From assembly GCA_043814605.1 (NCBI GenBank), contig JBDRJV010000018.1, positions 21,545 to 85,544 on the forward strand: a stretch of DNA of 64,000 bases. Reading direction: 5' to 3'. Positions 31,801 to 43,800 of the stretch are shown here, piece by piece (within the stretch, counting starts at the first letter, position 1; every line of letters starts with the position of its first letter). Below the pieces are notes generated by a model, which ran no database searches, was not told the DNA's origin, and saw only the letters and a program-made list of their open reading frames with translations. Position numbers and translations under genes: made by a program. Source of the stretch: Candidatus Omnitrophota bacterium (GTDB lineage Bacteria > Omnitrophota > Gorgyraeia > B26-G9).

Positions 31801-34800
31801 TGGTGTGGATACACAGATCGGATCCGGAACTTTTTCATCTGGCGCAAAAACTTTTTCCGGTTTAAATATCAATATTGCGGCCAGCGGCGGCAATGAATAT
31901 TTCTTCGTGATTATGGATGTGGCCAGCTCTGCGGTTAGCGGCCATACCTTGGATGCAGTAATCCCGGCTAACGGTATCACGCTGACAAAAACAGGCACGA
32001 TTGAACCCACCCAGATTAATTCCAGTGGTAATAGAATAATTAAAATAATGCTGGATCATTTTGTCATCAGCCACGACGGTGCAGGTATTGCCGGTTCAAA
32101 CGAGACCGTAACTGTAACTGCAAAAGATGCTTTTAATAATACGAAAACTGATTATACCGGTCAGATCACCTTGGATACAACCGGTACTCCAGGGACAATA
32201 TCCTGGAGCTTGCAGAGTGGTAATGGTGTGTTTAATGATGGCGGAGCTAGTGTGGATACTGCAACCTATACCTTTAATGTCGCGGATAACGGTACAGTAA
32301 CTTTTAGCGTAAATGATACATTGTCTGAAACTTTTAATATCAGTATTAGCGGTGATGGAAAAACTGATGATAATACAGAAGGTAATTTGGTTGTGGCTCC
32401 GGCGGGAATAGATCATTTTGTGATTAGTCATGATACTGCAGCAATTGCCGGAATAGCTGAACAGGTTTCTGTAACAGCAAAGGATGCTTACAGCAATACC
32501 ATAACAAATTATGCTGCACAGATAACTTTAAATACTACTGGAACAGCTAATACAATTACCTGGGCTTTGATTTCCGGATTCGGTACATTTGTTGACGGCG
32601 GTGCCAGTGTAGACACAGCAACTTATACATTTTCTCCCAGCGATAATGGCCAGGCTGTGTTTACAGTCATGGATAATACTGCAGAAACAATCAATATCTC
32701 TGTAATCGCTAACGGAAAGTTTGATGATGATACTGAAGGCAATCTGGTAGTGGCTCCGGCAGGCATTGATTATTTTGTGATTAATCATGACGGAACCGCG
32801 ATTGCCGGAACGCCAGAACAAGTAACAATCACAGCCAAAGATGCTTTGGGAAATACCAAGATTGATTATACCGGTCAGATCACCGTGGACACTACGGGCA
32901 CAGCTACAACAATTACTTGGGCTTTACAAACTGGAAGCGGTGCTTTTGTTGAAGGCGGGGCTTCGGTGGATAGTGCTACCTACACTTATAATTCCGCGGA
33001 TAACGGCGTAGTAGTGCTGACTTTAAATGATACTAAAAAAGAGACAGTCAATATATCTGTTAGTGGCGATACCAAAACTGATGATAATACCGAAGGTAAT
33101 TTGGTTGTTTCCCCGGGTGCAATTGATTATTTTGTAATCAGCCATGACGGTGTAGCAACAACCGGGGTTTCGGAAAGTGTCGGGATCACGGCTTATGATG
33201 CGAATGATAATATTAAAGATGATTATATTGGCCAGATAACCATAGATACCAACGGTACACCCACAACCATAACCTGGACATTGGTTAGCGGTGACGGAGA
33301 GTTTGTTGACAGCGGTGCTTCTGATGATACGGCAACTTATACTTATGTCCTGGGAGATAATGGAACAGTTAGCTTAAGTATTGTTGATTATACCTCAGAG
33401 ACAATCAATATTTCAGTAACCGGTGACGGCAAGACTGATGATAATACTGAAGGAGATCTGCAGATCGCTTCTTCAGGAATTGACCATTTCCTAATATCCC
33501 ATGACAACAACGCACTGGCGGGCACGCCTGAGAATATTACGATTTATGCTAAGAACGCGAATAACGATACATTGCAGAATTATCAAGGCCAGATCACAAT
33601 TGATACTAGCGGAACACCGTCGGCGATTAGCTGGATTTTGGTTTCTGGAAACGGTATTTTTGCTGACGGCGGAGTGGGTATGGACACAGCTACATACACA
33701 TTTACAGATAGCGATGATGGTACAGTGGTTTTATCAATTATAGATACAGCAGAGGAAACTTTGAATATCTCTGTTAGCGGAGAAGGCAAGACTGATGATA
33801 ATACCGAAGGCAATTTAGTAATAAACCCAGTTGGCTTACATCATTTTACAATCAGCCATGACGGAGCTGCTTTTGCCGGGGTAGCGGATGCTGTGACAAT
33901 TATTGCCAAGGATGCCAATAACAATACAGTAACAAATTATACCGGGCAAATAACTGTAGATACGAATGGCACAGCTACGGCAATTACCTGGGCTAAACAA
34001 ACCGGCAGCGGAAGTTTTGCTGAAGGCGGGCCAAGTGTAGATACTGCGACATACACTTTTGTATCCGGAGATAATGGACAATGCGTTTTAACAATCACGG
34101 ATAATAAAGTGGAAACCATTAATATTTCTGTTTCCGGCAGCGGTAAGAGCGATGATAATACTGAAGGAAATCTTATTATCGGTCCTGGAACAATTGATCA
34201 TTTTGTGATCAGCCATGATTCTAGCGCAGTGGCCGGGATAGCGGATAATGTGACGATTATTGCTTATGATGCCTACAATAATATTAAAACAAATTATACC
34301 GGGCAAATAACTTTAGATACTAATGGTACAGCCGCAACTATTACCTGGGCTAAAGTTACCGGAGCCGGAGTATTTGTGGACGGCGGCGCCAGCGTAGATA
34401 CAGCAACGTATACCTATGTTGCTGGTGATAACGGCCAATGTGTTTTAAGTATTAATGACACCACAGCGGAAACTTTAAATATTTCTGTTGCTGGGGACGG
34501 GAAAAATGATAATGACAGCGAAGGCAATTTAGTTGTCATGGCAACCACTGTGGATCACTTTGTGATTATGCATGACAATAGTGCTGAGGCTGGAGTAGCA
34601 GAAAGCGTGAGTATTACGGCTTATGATGCCTACAATAATATTAAAACTGATTATACCGGACAGATAACCGTAGATACTAACGGCACAGCAACAACTATTA
34701 CCTGGGCTAAGGTAAGCGGTGCGGGAAGTTTTGTGGACGGCGGCGCCAGCGTAGATACAGCTACTTATACTTATGCCAGCGGTGATAACGGAGTCGTGGG

Positions 34801-37800
34801 ATTGACGATTTCTGATACGAAAAAGGAAACAATTAATATTAATGTCAGCGGCGACGGAAAAGTTGATACAAATACTGAAGGGAATTTAGTTGTTGGCCCC
34901 ACGGGTTTAGATCATTTTGTGATTAGCCATGACACTGCTGCAATTGCCGGAGTGGCAGATAATGTGAGTATTACGGCTTTTGATACATATTCTAATTTAA
35001 AAGATAATTATACCGGAACAATAACCGTAGATACCAATGGTACAGCGGATGCAATTACCTGGGCCAAGGTAAGCGGTGCAGGAAGTTTTGAGGACGGCGG
35101 CGCCAGCGTAGATACCGCTACATATACTTATGCGGCGGCAGATAATGGCGTAGTGACTTTAAGTATTGCGGATACCAAGACTGAAACGATTGATATTGAT
35201 GCACAGGCCGCAGGAAAATATGATGATGATTCAGAAGCAAATATGGTTATTGGACCCTCAGATATCAATGATTTTGTGGTTAGCCATGATACCCAGGGCG
35301 TAGTTAATTCTGCAGAGCCAATCACCGTAACTGCCCGGGATATTTACCAGAATATTAAAACTGATTATACCGGACAAATCACAGTTTCGGTTACCGGAGA
35401 AAGCGGAGAAATTACCTGGGCTTTAGCAGCTGGGTCAGGTCTATTTAATGATGCCGGAGCTGGCCTAGATACTGCAACCTACACTTATAATGCTTTAGAT
35501 CTGGGATTAGTGGGTTTAACAATCACCGATAATACTGCTGATACGATCAATATTGTAGTCAGCGGTGACGGAAAGAGTGATGAAAACAATGAAGGGAATT
35601 TGTCATTTACATCCAGCTATATTGTTATTGATAATTTAGATTCCGGATATTCAGAAAATACAGTAGATAATGATTGGACGACCAGAACTACGGGTAATGA
35701 GTATGGGACTAATTGGCGTAGGGATACGACTCGTAATGACGGCGATTGGGCACGTTGGACACCGAACATAACTATTCCGGGAAACTATGAGGTTTTTGCG
35801 TTTTGGTCAGATCTAGGGACAGCTAATGCTACGGATTCTCCTTATACTGTGTATTATAATGGCGGCAATAGCGGTGCTTTAGATCAAAACCAGGAAGTAA
35901 ACGGTAATCAATGGAACAGTTTGGGTGTTTATGAATTTGCTGTGGGTACCGGAGGGTATGTGCAATTAGGGGATGCCGCTAATGATGATGTTTGCGCGGA
36001 TGCGATTAAGTTTGAACTTAAAGGCAGCGCAGCAGCTGCGGCGAATAGCGTAGACAGTTCTTCTGTTGGCGCAGGAGCCAGTGATGTACTGATATTAGAT
36101 GTCACGGTTTCTAATAATGCGATAAATAATGATACGATTACTTCGGTAACCGTGAATAATATCGGCACAATAAGCGATGCGGAAATCGCCGCGGTTAAAC
36201 TTTATTATGACAGCAATAATTCGCAGGATTATACCCCGGGAACGGATGTTCAAGTGGGTACCGGGACATTTTCTTCTGCGGCAAAAACATTCAGTAATTT
36301 AAATATTACGTTAACCGGTTCCGGCACGGAAAAATTATTTGTGGTTTTGGATCTAGCGCAAACTGTTGATGACGGGGATAGTTTAGATGTGCAAATCCCG
36401 GCAAACGGAATAATTCTGGCCAATGCGCCGGATATTGCGGATGCGGCGTTAAATTCTGCCGGAACCCGAACAGTTTCTTTAAACCTGGATCATTTTGTTA
36501 TTTCTCACGACGGAGCAGCGGCTGCCGGAATTCCCGAACAAATAACCGTAACCGCAAAAGACGAATACGAAAACGTTATTATTTATTATACAGGTACAAT
36601 AACTTTAGATACGAATGGAACAGCGGCTAGCATCAGCTGGTCATTGCAGACAGGCAGCGGGGTTTTTAATGATAATGGTGCAGGTGTGGATACGGCAACC
36701 TATGCGTTTAATGCCGCAGATAGCGGCGTGGCTGTATTTAACGTTACTGATAACAAAGCGGAAACGATTAATATCTCGGTTTCTGGCAATGGGAAAACTG
36801 ATAATAATACTGAAGGCAATCTGATTGTTGCTCCGGCAGGCTTGGATCATTTTGTAATCACGCATGATGCTTCGGCAATTGCCGGCATAGCCGATAATGT
36901 CACTGTAACCGCAAAAGACGCATATGAAAATACAGTTTATGATTATACCGGGTCAATTACCTTAGATACCAATGGAACCGCTAATGCTATTGAGTGGGCA
37001 TTGGTTGTTGGATTCGGAACTTTTAATGATAACGGAGCCGGTGTGGATACTGCAACATATACATTTTCCGCATCAGATAATTCTACAGCAACTTTTACAA
37101 TCACAGATACGCAGTCAGAAAGCCTGAATATTTCTGTTTCCGACGGAATCGGGCATAATGATAATAATAGCGAAGGCAATCTGGTTGTTAGCGCTGCCAA
37201 TCTGCATCATTTTGTGATCAGTCATGACGGAAATGCCGAGGCTGGAGTAGCGGATAATATTACGATTATTGCCAAAGATCAATATGAAAACACATTAACC
37301 AATTATAGCGGACAAATCACTATAGATACGGACGGTACTGTGGGGTCCATTGCTTGGGCAAAAGTTTCCGGCAGCGGCACATTTGTCGACGGCGGCATTG
37401 ATGCGGATACAGCGACTTATACTTATAATACTGCGGATATGGGTGTGGTAATTTTAAGTATTACTGACACTACTTTAGAAAATCTGAATATATCCGTAAC
37501 CGGAGACGGGAAAAACGATGATAATACCGAAAGCACTTTAAATGTCGGACCCGGACTGATCGAATATTTTACAATTACGCATGATGGTTTTGCTCTGCAG
37601 AATCAAGCGGAAAATATTACAATAAAAGCGTATGATGCCTATAATAACATAAAAACCGATTATGCCGGGCAGATTACTTTGGATACCAACGGTACAGCAG
37701 ATGCGATTACCTGGGCTTTAATTACTGGTAACGGGACGTTTAATGATAACGGACCAAGTGTGGATACAGCCACTTATACTTTCAATACTTCAGATAACGG

Positions 37801-40800
37801 AGAAGTGATTTTATCCATAACGGATGCAACTGCAGAAATAATTAATGTATCCGTAACCGCAGGCACGAAAACAGATGACGACAACGAAGGAATTTTAGAA
37901 ATTGTGGCTGCGGGATTTCATCATTTTAAAATTTCGCATGACGGAAATGCTGTAAACGGAGTACCCGAAGCAATCACAATTACAGCTAAGGATGCTAGTG
38001 ATATAACCATAACAAATTATGCCGGAATCATGACTGTAGATACTAGTGGAACAGCGACAACGATTACCTGGGCTTTGCAAACTGGTAACGGTACATTCAA
38101 TGACGGCGGTAGCGGAGTAGATACAGCAGAATATACTTTTGATGCGCTGGATAACGGTGTAGTAATTTTAACCATTACCGATACTACTTTAGAAACCATA
38201 AATATTAACTGTTTTGGCAGCGGGAAGACAGATGATAATACTGAAGGTAATTTAGTAATTAATCCTGCGGGATTAAATCATTTTACAATCACACATGATC
38301 ATAATGCCGTTGCCGGAGTTGCCGAAAATATCGTAATTTCAGCCGAAGATGCAAATAATACCGCAGTTAGCGGATACACCGGCACCATAAATTTAGATAC
38401 AAATGGTACGGCCGGTGCGATTACCTGGGCAAATATAGACGGTGCGGGAATTTTTAGCGATGGCGGTGCGGTTGTAGATACAGCCACCTATACTTTTGCC
38501 AGCGGAGATTTAGGTAATGTCACTTTAAGTATTAATGATACAAAAGCAGAAATGATAAATATATCTGTAACCGGAGACGGAAAAACTGATGATGACCAAG
38601 AGGGAAATTTAACAATCAGCCATGGAGTAATTGATCATTTTATAATTAATCATGATCAGGCAGCTGAAGCGGGAACTGCAGAAAATATTACAATCACGGC
38701 CAAAGATGTATATAACAATATAATTACTGATTACACAAGCCAAATCACTGTTGACACAACTGGAACTCCGGCAACAATCACTTGGGCTCTAACAACAGGT
38801 TCGGGAATTTTTAATGACGGCGGGGCTGGGGTTGATACCGCAACTTATACTTATCAGACAGCCGATAATGGAGTTGTAGTTTTAAATATTACAGATACAA
38901 CAGTTGAATCAATAAATATATCTGTAACCGGAGACGGAAAATTAGATGATAATACAGAAGGAAATTTAAGCGTGGGCGCAGGTACAATAAATAAATTTGT
39001 GGTTACGCACGATGGTAATGCTCAAGCTGGCAGTGCGGAATCCGTTATAATTACCGCTTATGATATTTATAATAATATTAAAACTAATTATACCGGCACC
39101 ATAACTTTAGATACAAACGGAACTGCGAATTCAATCACCTGGGCTTTGAGTTCAGGATTAGGAAGTTTTAATGATGGCGGAGTATATTTAGATACAGCAA
39201 CTTATGGATTTGTTAGTGCGGATAACGGAACGGCTGAGTTTACAATTACCGATACAAAAGCAGAAATAATTGATATTGATGTATCTGGTAATGGAAAATT
39301 TGATGATGATACAGAAGGAAACTTGATTATTGCACCCAGCGGATTAGATCATTTTTTTATTTCTCATGATGGTAATGCTCAAGCCGGGGTGAGTGAAAAT
39401 ATTATTATTCAAGCACAAGATTATTATGATAATATTCAAACTGATTATACCGGACAAATTACTGTGGATACTAACGGAACAGAAACCGCAATTACCTGGG
39501 CTTTAATTACTGGCAGCGGAACTTTTAATGATCACGGTGTAAGTATTGATACAGCGACCTATACTTTTGCTCCGGGTGATAATGGAGCAGTAACTTTATC
39601 AATAAATGATACAAAAGCTGAAGATGTTAATATTTCTGTAAGCGGTGATAGTAAATTTGATGATGATACAGAAGGAAATTTAACAGTTAAACCTAATGTT
39701 TTAAATTATTTTATTGTGGCGCATGATAATGAAGCAATTCAAGGAGTAGGAGAAGAAATTACTGTAACGGCCAAGGATAGTTATGCTAACACAAAAACAG
39801 ATTATACCGGCACCATAACTTTAGATACAAACGGTGATGTAAATAATATTAGTTGGAGTTTGAATACAGGCTCCGGAACTTTTAATGACGGCGGTGCTAG
39901 CGTAGATACAGCAACTTATACTTATGCTGTTGGCGATGCCGGGGTGGCTTCTTTTAATTTAACGGATGATACAGCCCAGACAATTAATATTTCGGTAAAT
40001 GACGGAGGGATTACTGATGAAAATAATGAGGGAGATTTAGTTATCCAAGCTTCTTCTTTAACCATTGATGCCGTGGTTAATGCATTATCCAGTGGTTATA
40101 TCGGAGCAGGAACTAGCGGGCAGTTAGTTTTAGATTTAACCTTGACTAATAATAATGTTTTAGCGGCAGATACAATCCAAACTCTTACTATAAATAATAC
40201 AGGAACAATTTCTGACGCACAGGTACAAACAGTAAAGCTTTATTATGATAGCAATAATTCTAATTCCTATACCGTGGGTATTGATACCCAGGCAGGTACA
40301 GGCAGTTTTTCCAGCGGGACTTTAGCTTTTACAAATATTAATATTCAAATTTCTGCAGCCGGCACAGAAGAATTATATGTGGTAGTCGATTTGACCGCAA
40401 CAGTAACTAATGCAGTAACAGTGGATGTGAGTGTGCCGATTAATGGGATTACCTTTACTAATTCTCCGGATACTGATGATGTAATCTTAAATTCTTCCGG
40501 AATTTTTACCGTTGATTCCGGAATTCCAGGCATTGTTTCCGGGTTAAGCTCAACAAGCCATAGCAATGCGATTAGTGCTTGGAATAATCCGCAATCACGC
40601 GATAATACTGTTTCTGTTAACTGGTCACCGGCAACTGATCCTGAAAGCGGAGTTGATGGGTATTCTGTTCTTTGGGATACAAATCCGACAACTTTGCCAA
40701 ATACTACTAAAGATATTGAACAAACCCAAACAACCGTAACAAGCACTGCATTATCAGACGGTACAGTACACTATTTCCATATCCGCAGTGTGGATAATGT

Positions 40801-43800
40801 CGGTAATTGGTCAAGTACCGCAGCCCATTTAGGGCCTTTTTATATTGATACGCAAGGGCCTGCTTCGGCAAGCATTTATCAAATCACCGAACTTGCCGGC
40901 CAAGATTATTTATACGTAACGGGAAATACAATTTATTATTCAGGGAATGCCTATTCTGCGTTTAATGTTTATGTTAGCGCAACGGATACAGGTTCAGGTT
41001 TAAAACAAGCTCAATTTCCGACTACAATTAGTGCCGGTGGTATTGATTCTACAGTAGATACAGGGGCTTATCAATTTATTTATACCTATGTTGTGAGTGC
41101 AGCAGGTGCTACTTATAATAATACTAATGTGATTGTTTATGATAATGCCGGAAATTCTGCTAATGTTCCGTTTAATTTAATGCTGGATAATACACCGCCA
41201 GCTTTAGTTTCTAATTTAACTTCCAGTACGCACACCGTAGGAATATCTTCATCAGATAATGATATTACTTTTACCTGGAGTGATGTTTCGGATGCGCAAT
41301 CCGGAGTTGCTGGTTACAGTTTTACTGTAGATACTTCATCAAGTACTTTACCTCCGAAATATCGAAATATAAATACCGGGGTGCAGAGTTATGCAGCAAA
41401 TGATTTACTTAGTGGTAATCATTACGCACATATCCGGCCGGTTGACCGTGTGGGTAACTGGACAGCTCAAGCTACACATGCCGGAGCATATATTATCGGC
41501 CGGGGACAATTGAGCGCATCAATAAATGCCAGCTCGAATGTGATTAGCACAGACCAGGAATTTACCGTAACAATGACAGTAGAAAATACAGGCAGCAGTA
41601 CAATTAATAGTGTTGACATTTTGTCTTTAACTTTAAGCTCAACCAGTGGTGCTACTGCAACCACTGTTTCAAATCCGAACTCACAGGATATTGGGCCAAC
41701 ACAACAGAGAAATTTCCCATGGACCTATACTGCAGGTTCAACCCCAGGAACCGTAAATTTTACAGGCTATGCACAGGGTTCTGATTCTGAAGGAAGTATT
41801 ATATCAAGTACAGTAACTTCCAGTGATATTGTGATTGAAAACAGGGCAGCTTTAATCGTATCTGTAAATGCAACCCCATCAACTGTAAATACAAGCCAAA
41901 CAATTACTATTGCAGTTACAGTTTCTAATACCGGACAGGCACAGGCACTTAATGTTGCCCCGAGTTTAATCCCTTCCGGGAGTGCCAGCCCCAGTATAAG
42001 TACTGGCCCGAGCCCGTCAACCGCAACAGTAAACGGAGGCCAATCACAAACCTTTACTTATACAGCAACCGCGAGTTCAGCTGGTACAGCAATATTTACA
42101 GCAAATATTGCTTCGGGTTTAGATGAAAATTCTAATGCTGGTTTAACTGCAACTAATGCCCAAGATTCAGTTACTGTCGAAGCAGCGCCAACGTATGCAT
42201 TAACTTCATCCATCGCAGCTGCGCCTCAAGCAGCTAATGTTGCGGGTACGATAACAGTGACAATGAATGTACAGAATACAGGTACAGATATTATCAATAA
42301 TATTGCGCCTTCTGGTTTAAGTGTTGGCGGCTCCTCATCAGATGCTATTTACGTTTCCGGGCCTGTTCCGGCAAATGTATCCAGTTTAATTTCAGGCGCA
42401 ACCCAGAATTTTGTTTGGACCTATACTGCAGGCACAACTTTAGGGACAGTAACTTTTAGCGGTAATGCCCAAGGCACAGAAGCTGTTTCAACCGCAACGA
42501 TTTCTAATGCAGTTACAATTCAGGCAGAAGCAGCAGCGCTTTCATCAAGTATTAGTGCCACACCGACAAGTTTACTCAGTAATGCGACAATTACCATTAC
42601 CATGACAGTTAATAATACAGCTGGTTCTGGCGGAGCAACTGCAGAAAATGTTAGCCCTTCAATATTAACCTTAGGCGGCACAAGTGCACAGGCAAACTTA
42701 TTAACCGGCCCTACACCAGCTAGTGCAAATATTAATGCCGCTAGTTCTCAGAATTTTATCTGGACCTATCGTGCCGGAACAACAGCAGGAACAGTTAATT
42801 TTACCGGAAATGCTTCGGGTATTGACGGTAATTCACAAAGTACGATAAGTTCAACAGCAACTACATCCAATAATGTGACAATTTCAACCTTAAATCCGGA
42901 GTGGATGTATCCGACTGGAACAGATATTGTGGGTCCTGTCCGCAGTATTCCGATTGCTTATTGGGGAATGTATAATAAAATTTATTTTGGTTCAGATGAT
43001 CATAATCTCTATATTTTAGACGGAGATACACACGGGCTTGATTTTAGTTATACAACATCAGGTGTAATCCGCGGATTACCCTATCCATCTACAGATGTTA
43101 AAGGAGAGGGGCTTGAGGATATTGTTTATTTTGGTACTTTAGGAAGAACAGTTTACGGTATTTGGGCGGATAATAGTTTGCGGTTTGAGAGGATTTTAGG
43201 AGAAGAACTTTCCACCACAGTGCTTTATGATTATGTGTCGAATATTTATTTTGGCACAACAGCCAATAGAGCTTATTGCATTGATGCTGCTGACGGAACA
43301 GATGTTTGGTCTAATCCGGCAACTGTGGGCGGGCCAATTGAATCATCACCGGCGATGATTTTTGTGCCGACTTTAGATTATGATGAAATTTACTTTGGCG
43401 CAACTGACGGAAAAATTTATGCGTTTAAAGCTGCAGATGGCACGGGTGCGAGAACTTTTGATACTGGCTTTGGCGCAGAAGCAGACATAAAAACTGCACC
43501 GGTTATTAGTTTGCAAAACCCCAGCAATAGCGGTTCCAGAAGATTAATGTTTTTTGGTACAGGTAACGGCAGGTTTTATTGTGTGAACACTGCAAATTTA
43601 AGCGCATCTACTGCAGATACAGGCTGGGCAACGAATCCTGTAATTTGCGGTGATAAAGTATATTCTGCGCCTTGGGTAGATGTAGATACAAGATATGTAT
43701 ACTTTGGCTGCCAGGACGGAAAACTTTATGCTTTAAGTTTAAATGACGGAAGTTCAAGAGCAAATTTTCCGGTGAATATTGGTTCTCCGATTGATTCCTG

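Noticed and set aside
28640-40050. CRISPR array or DGR-like repeats
   Set aside because: The 360-nt periodicity is coding-domain repetition with synonymous divergence; no identical short repeats with spacers, no cas or RT genes
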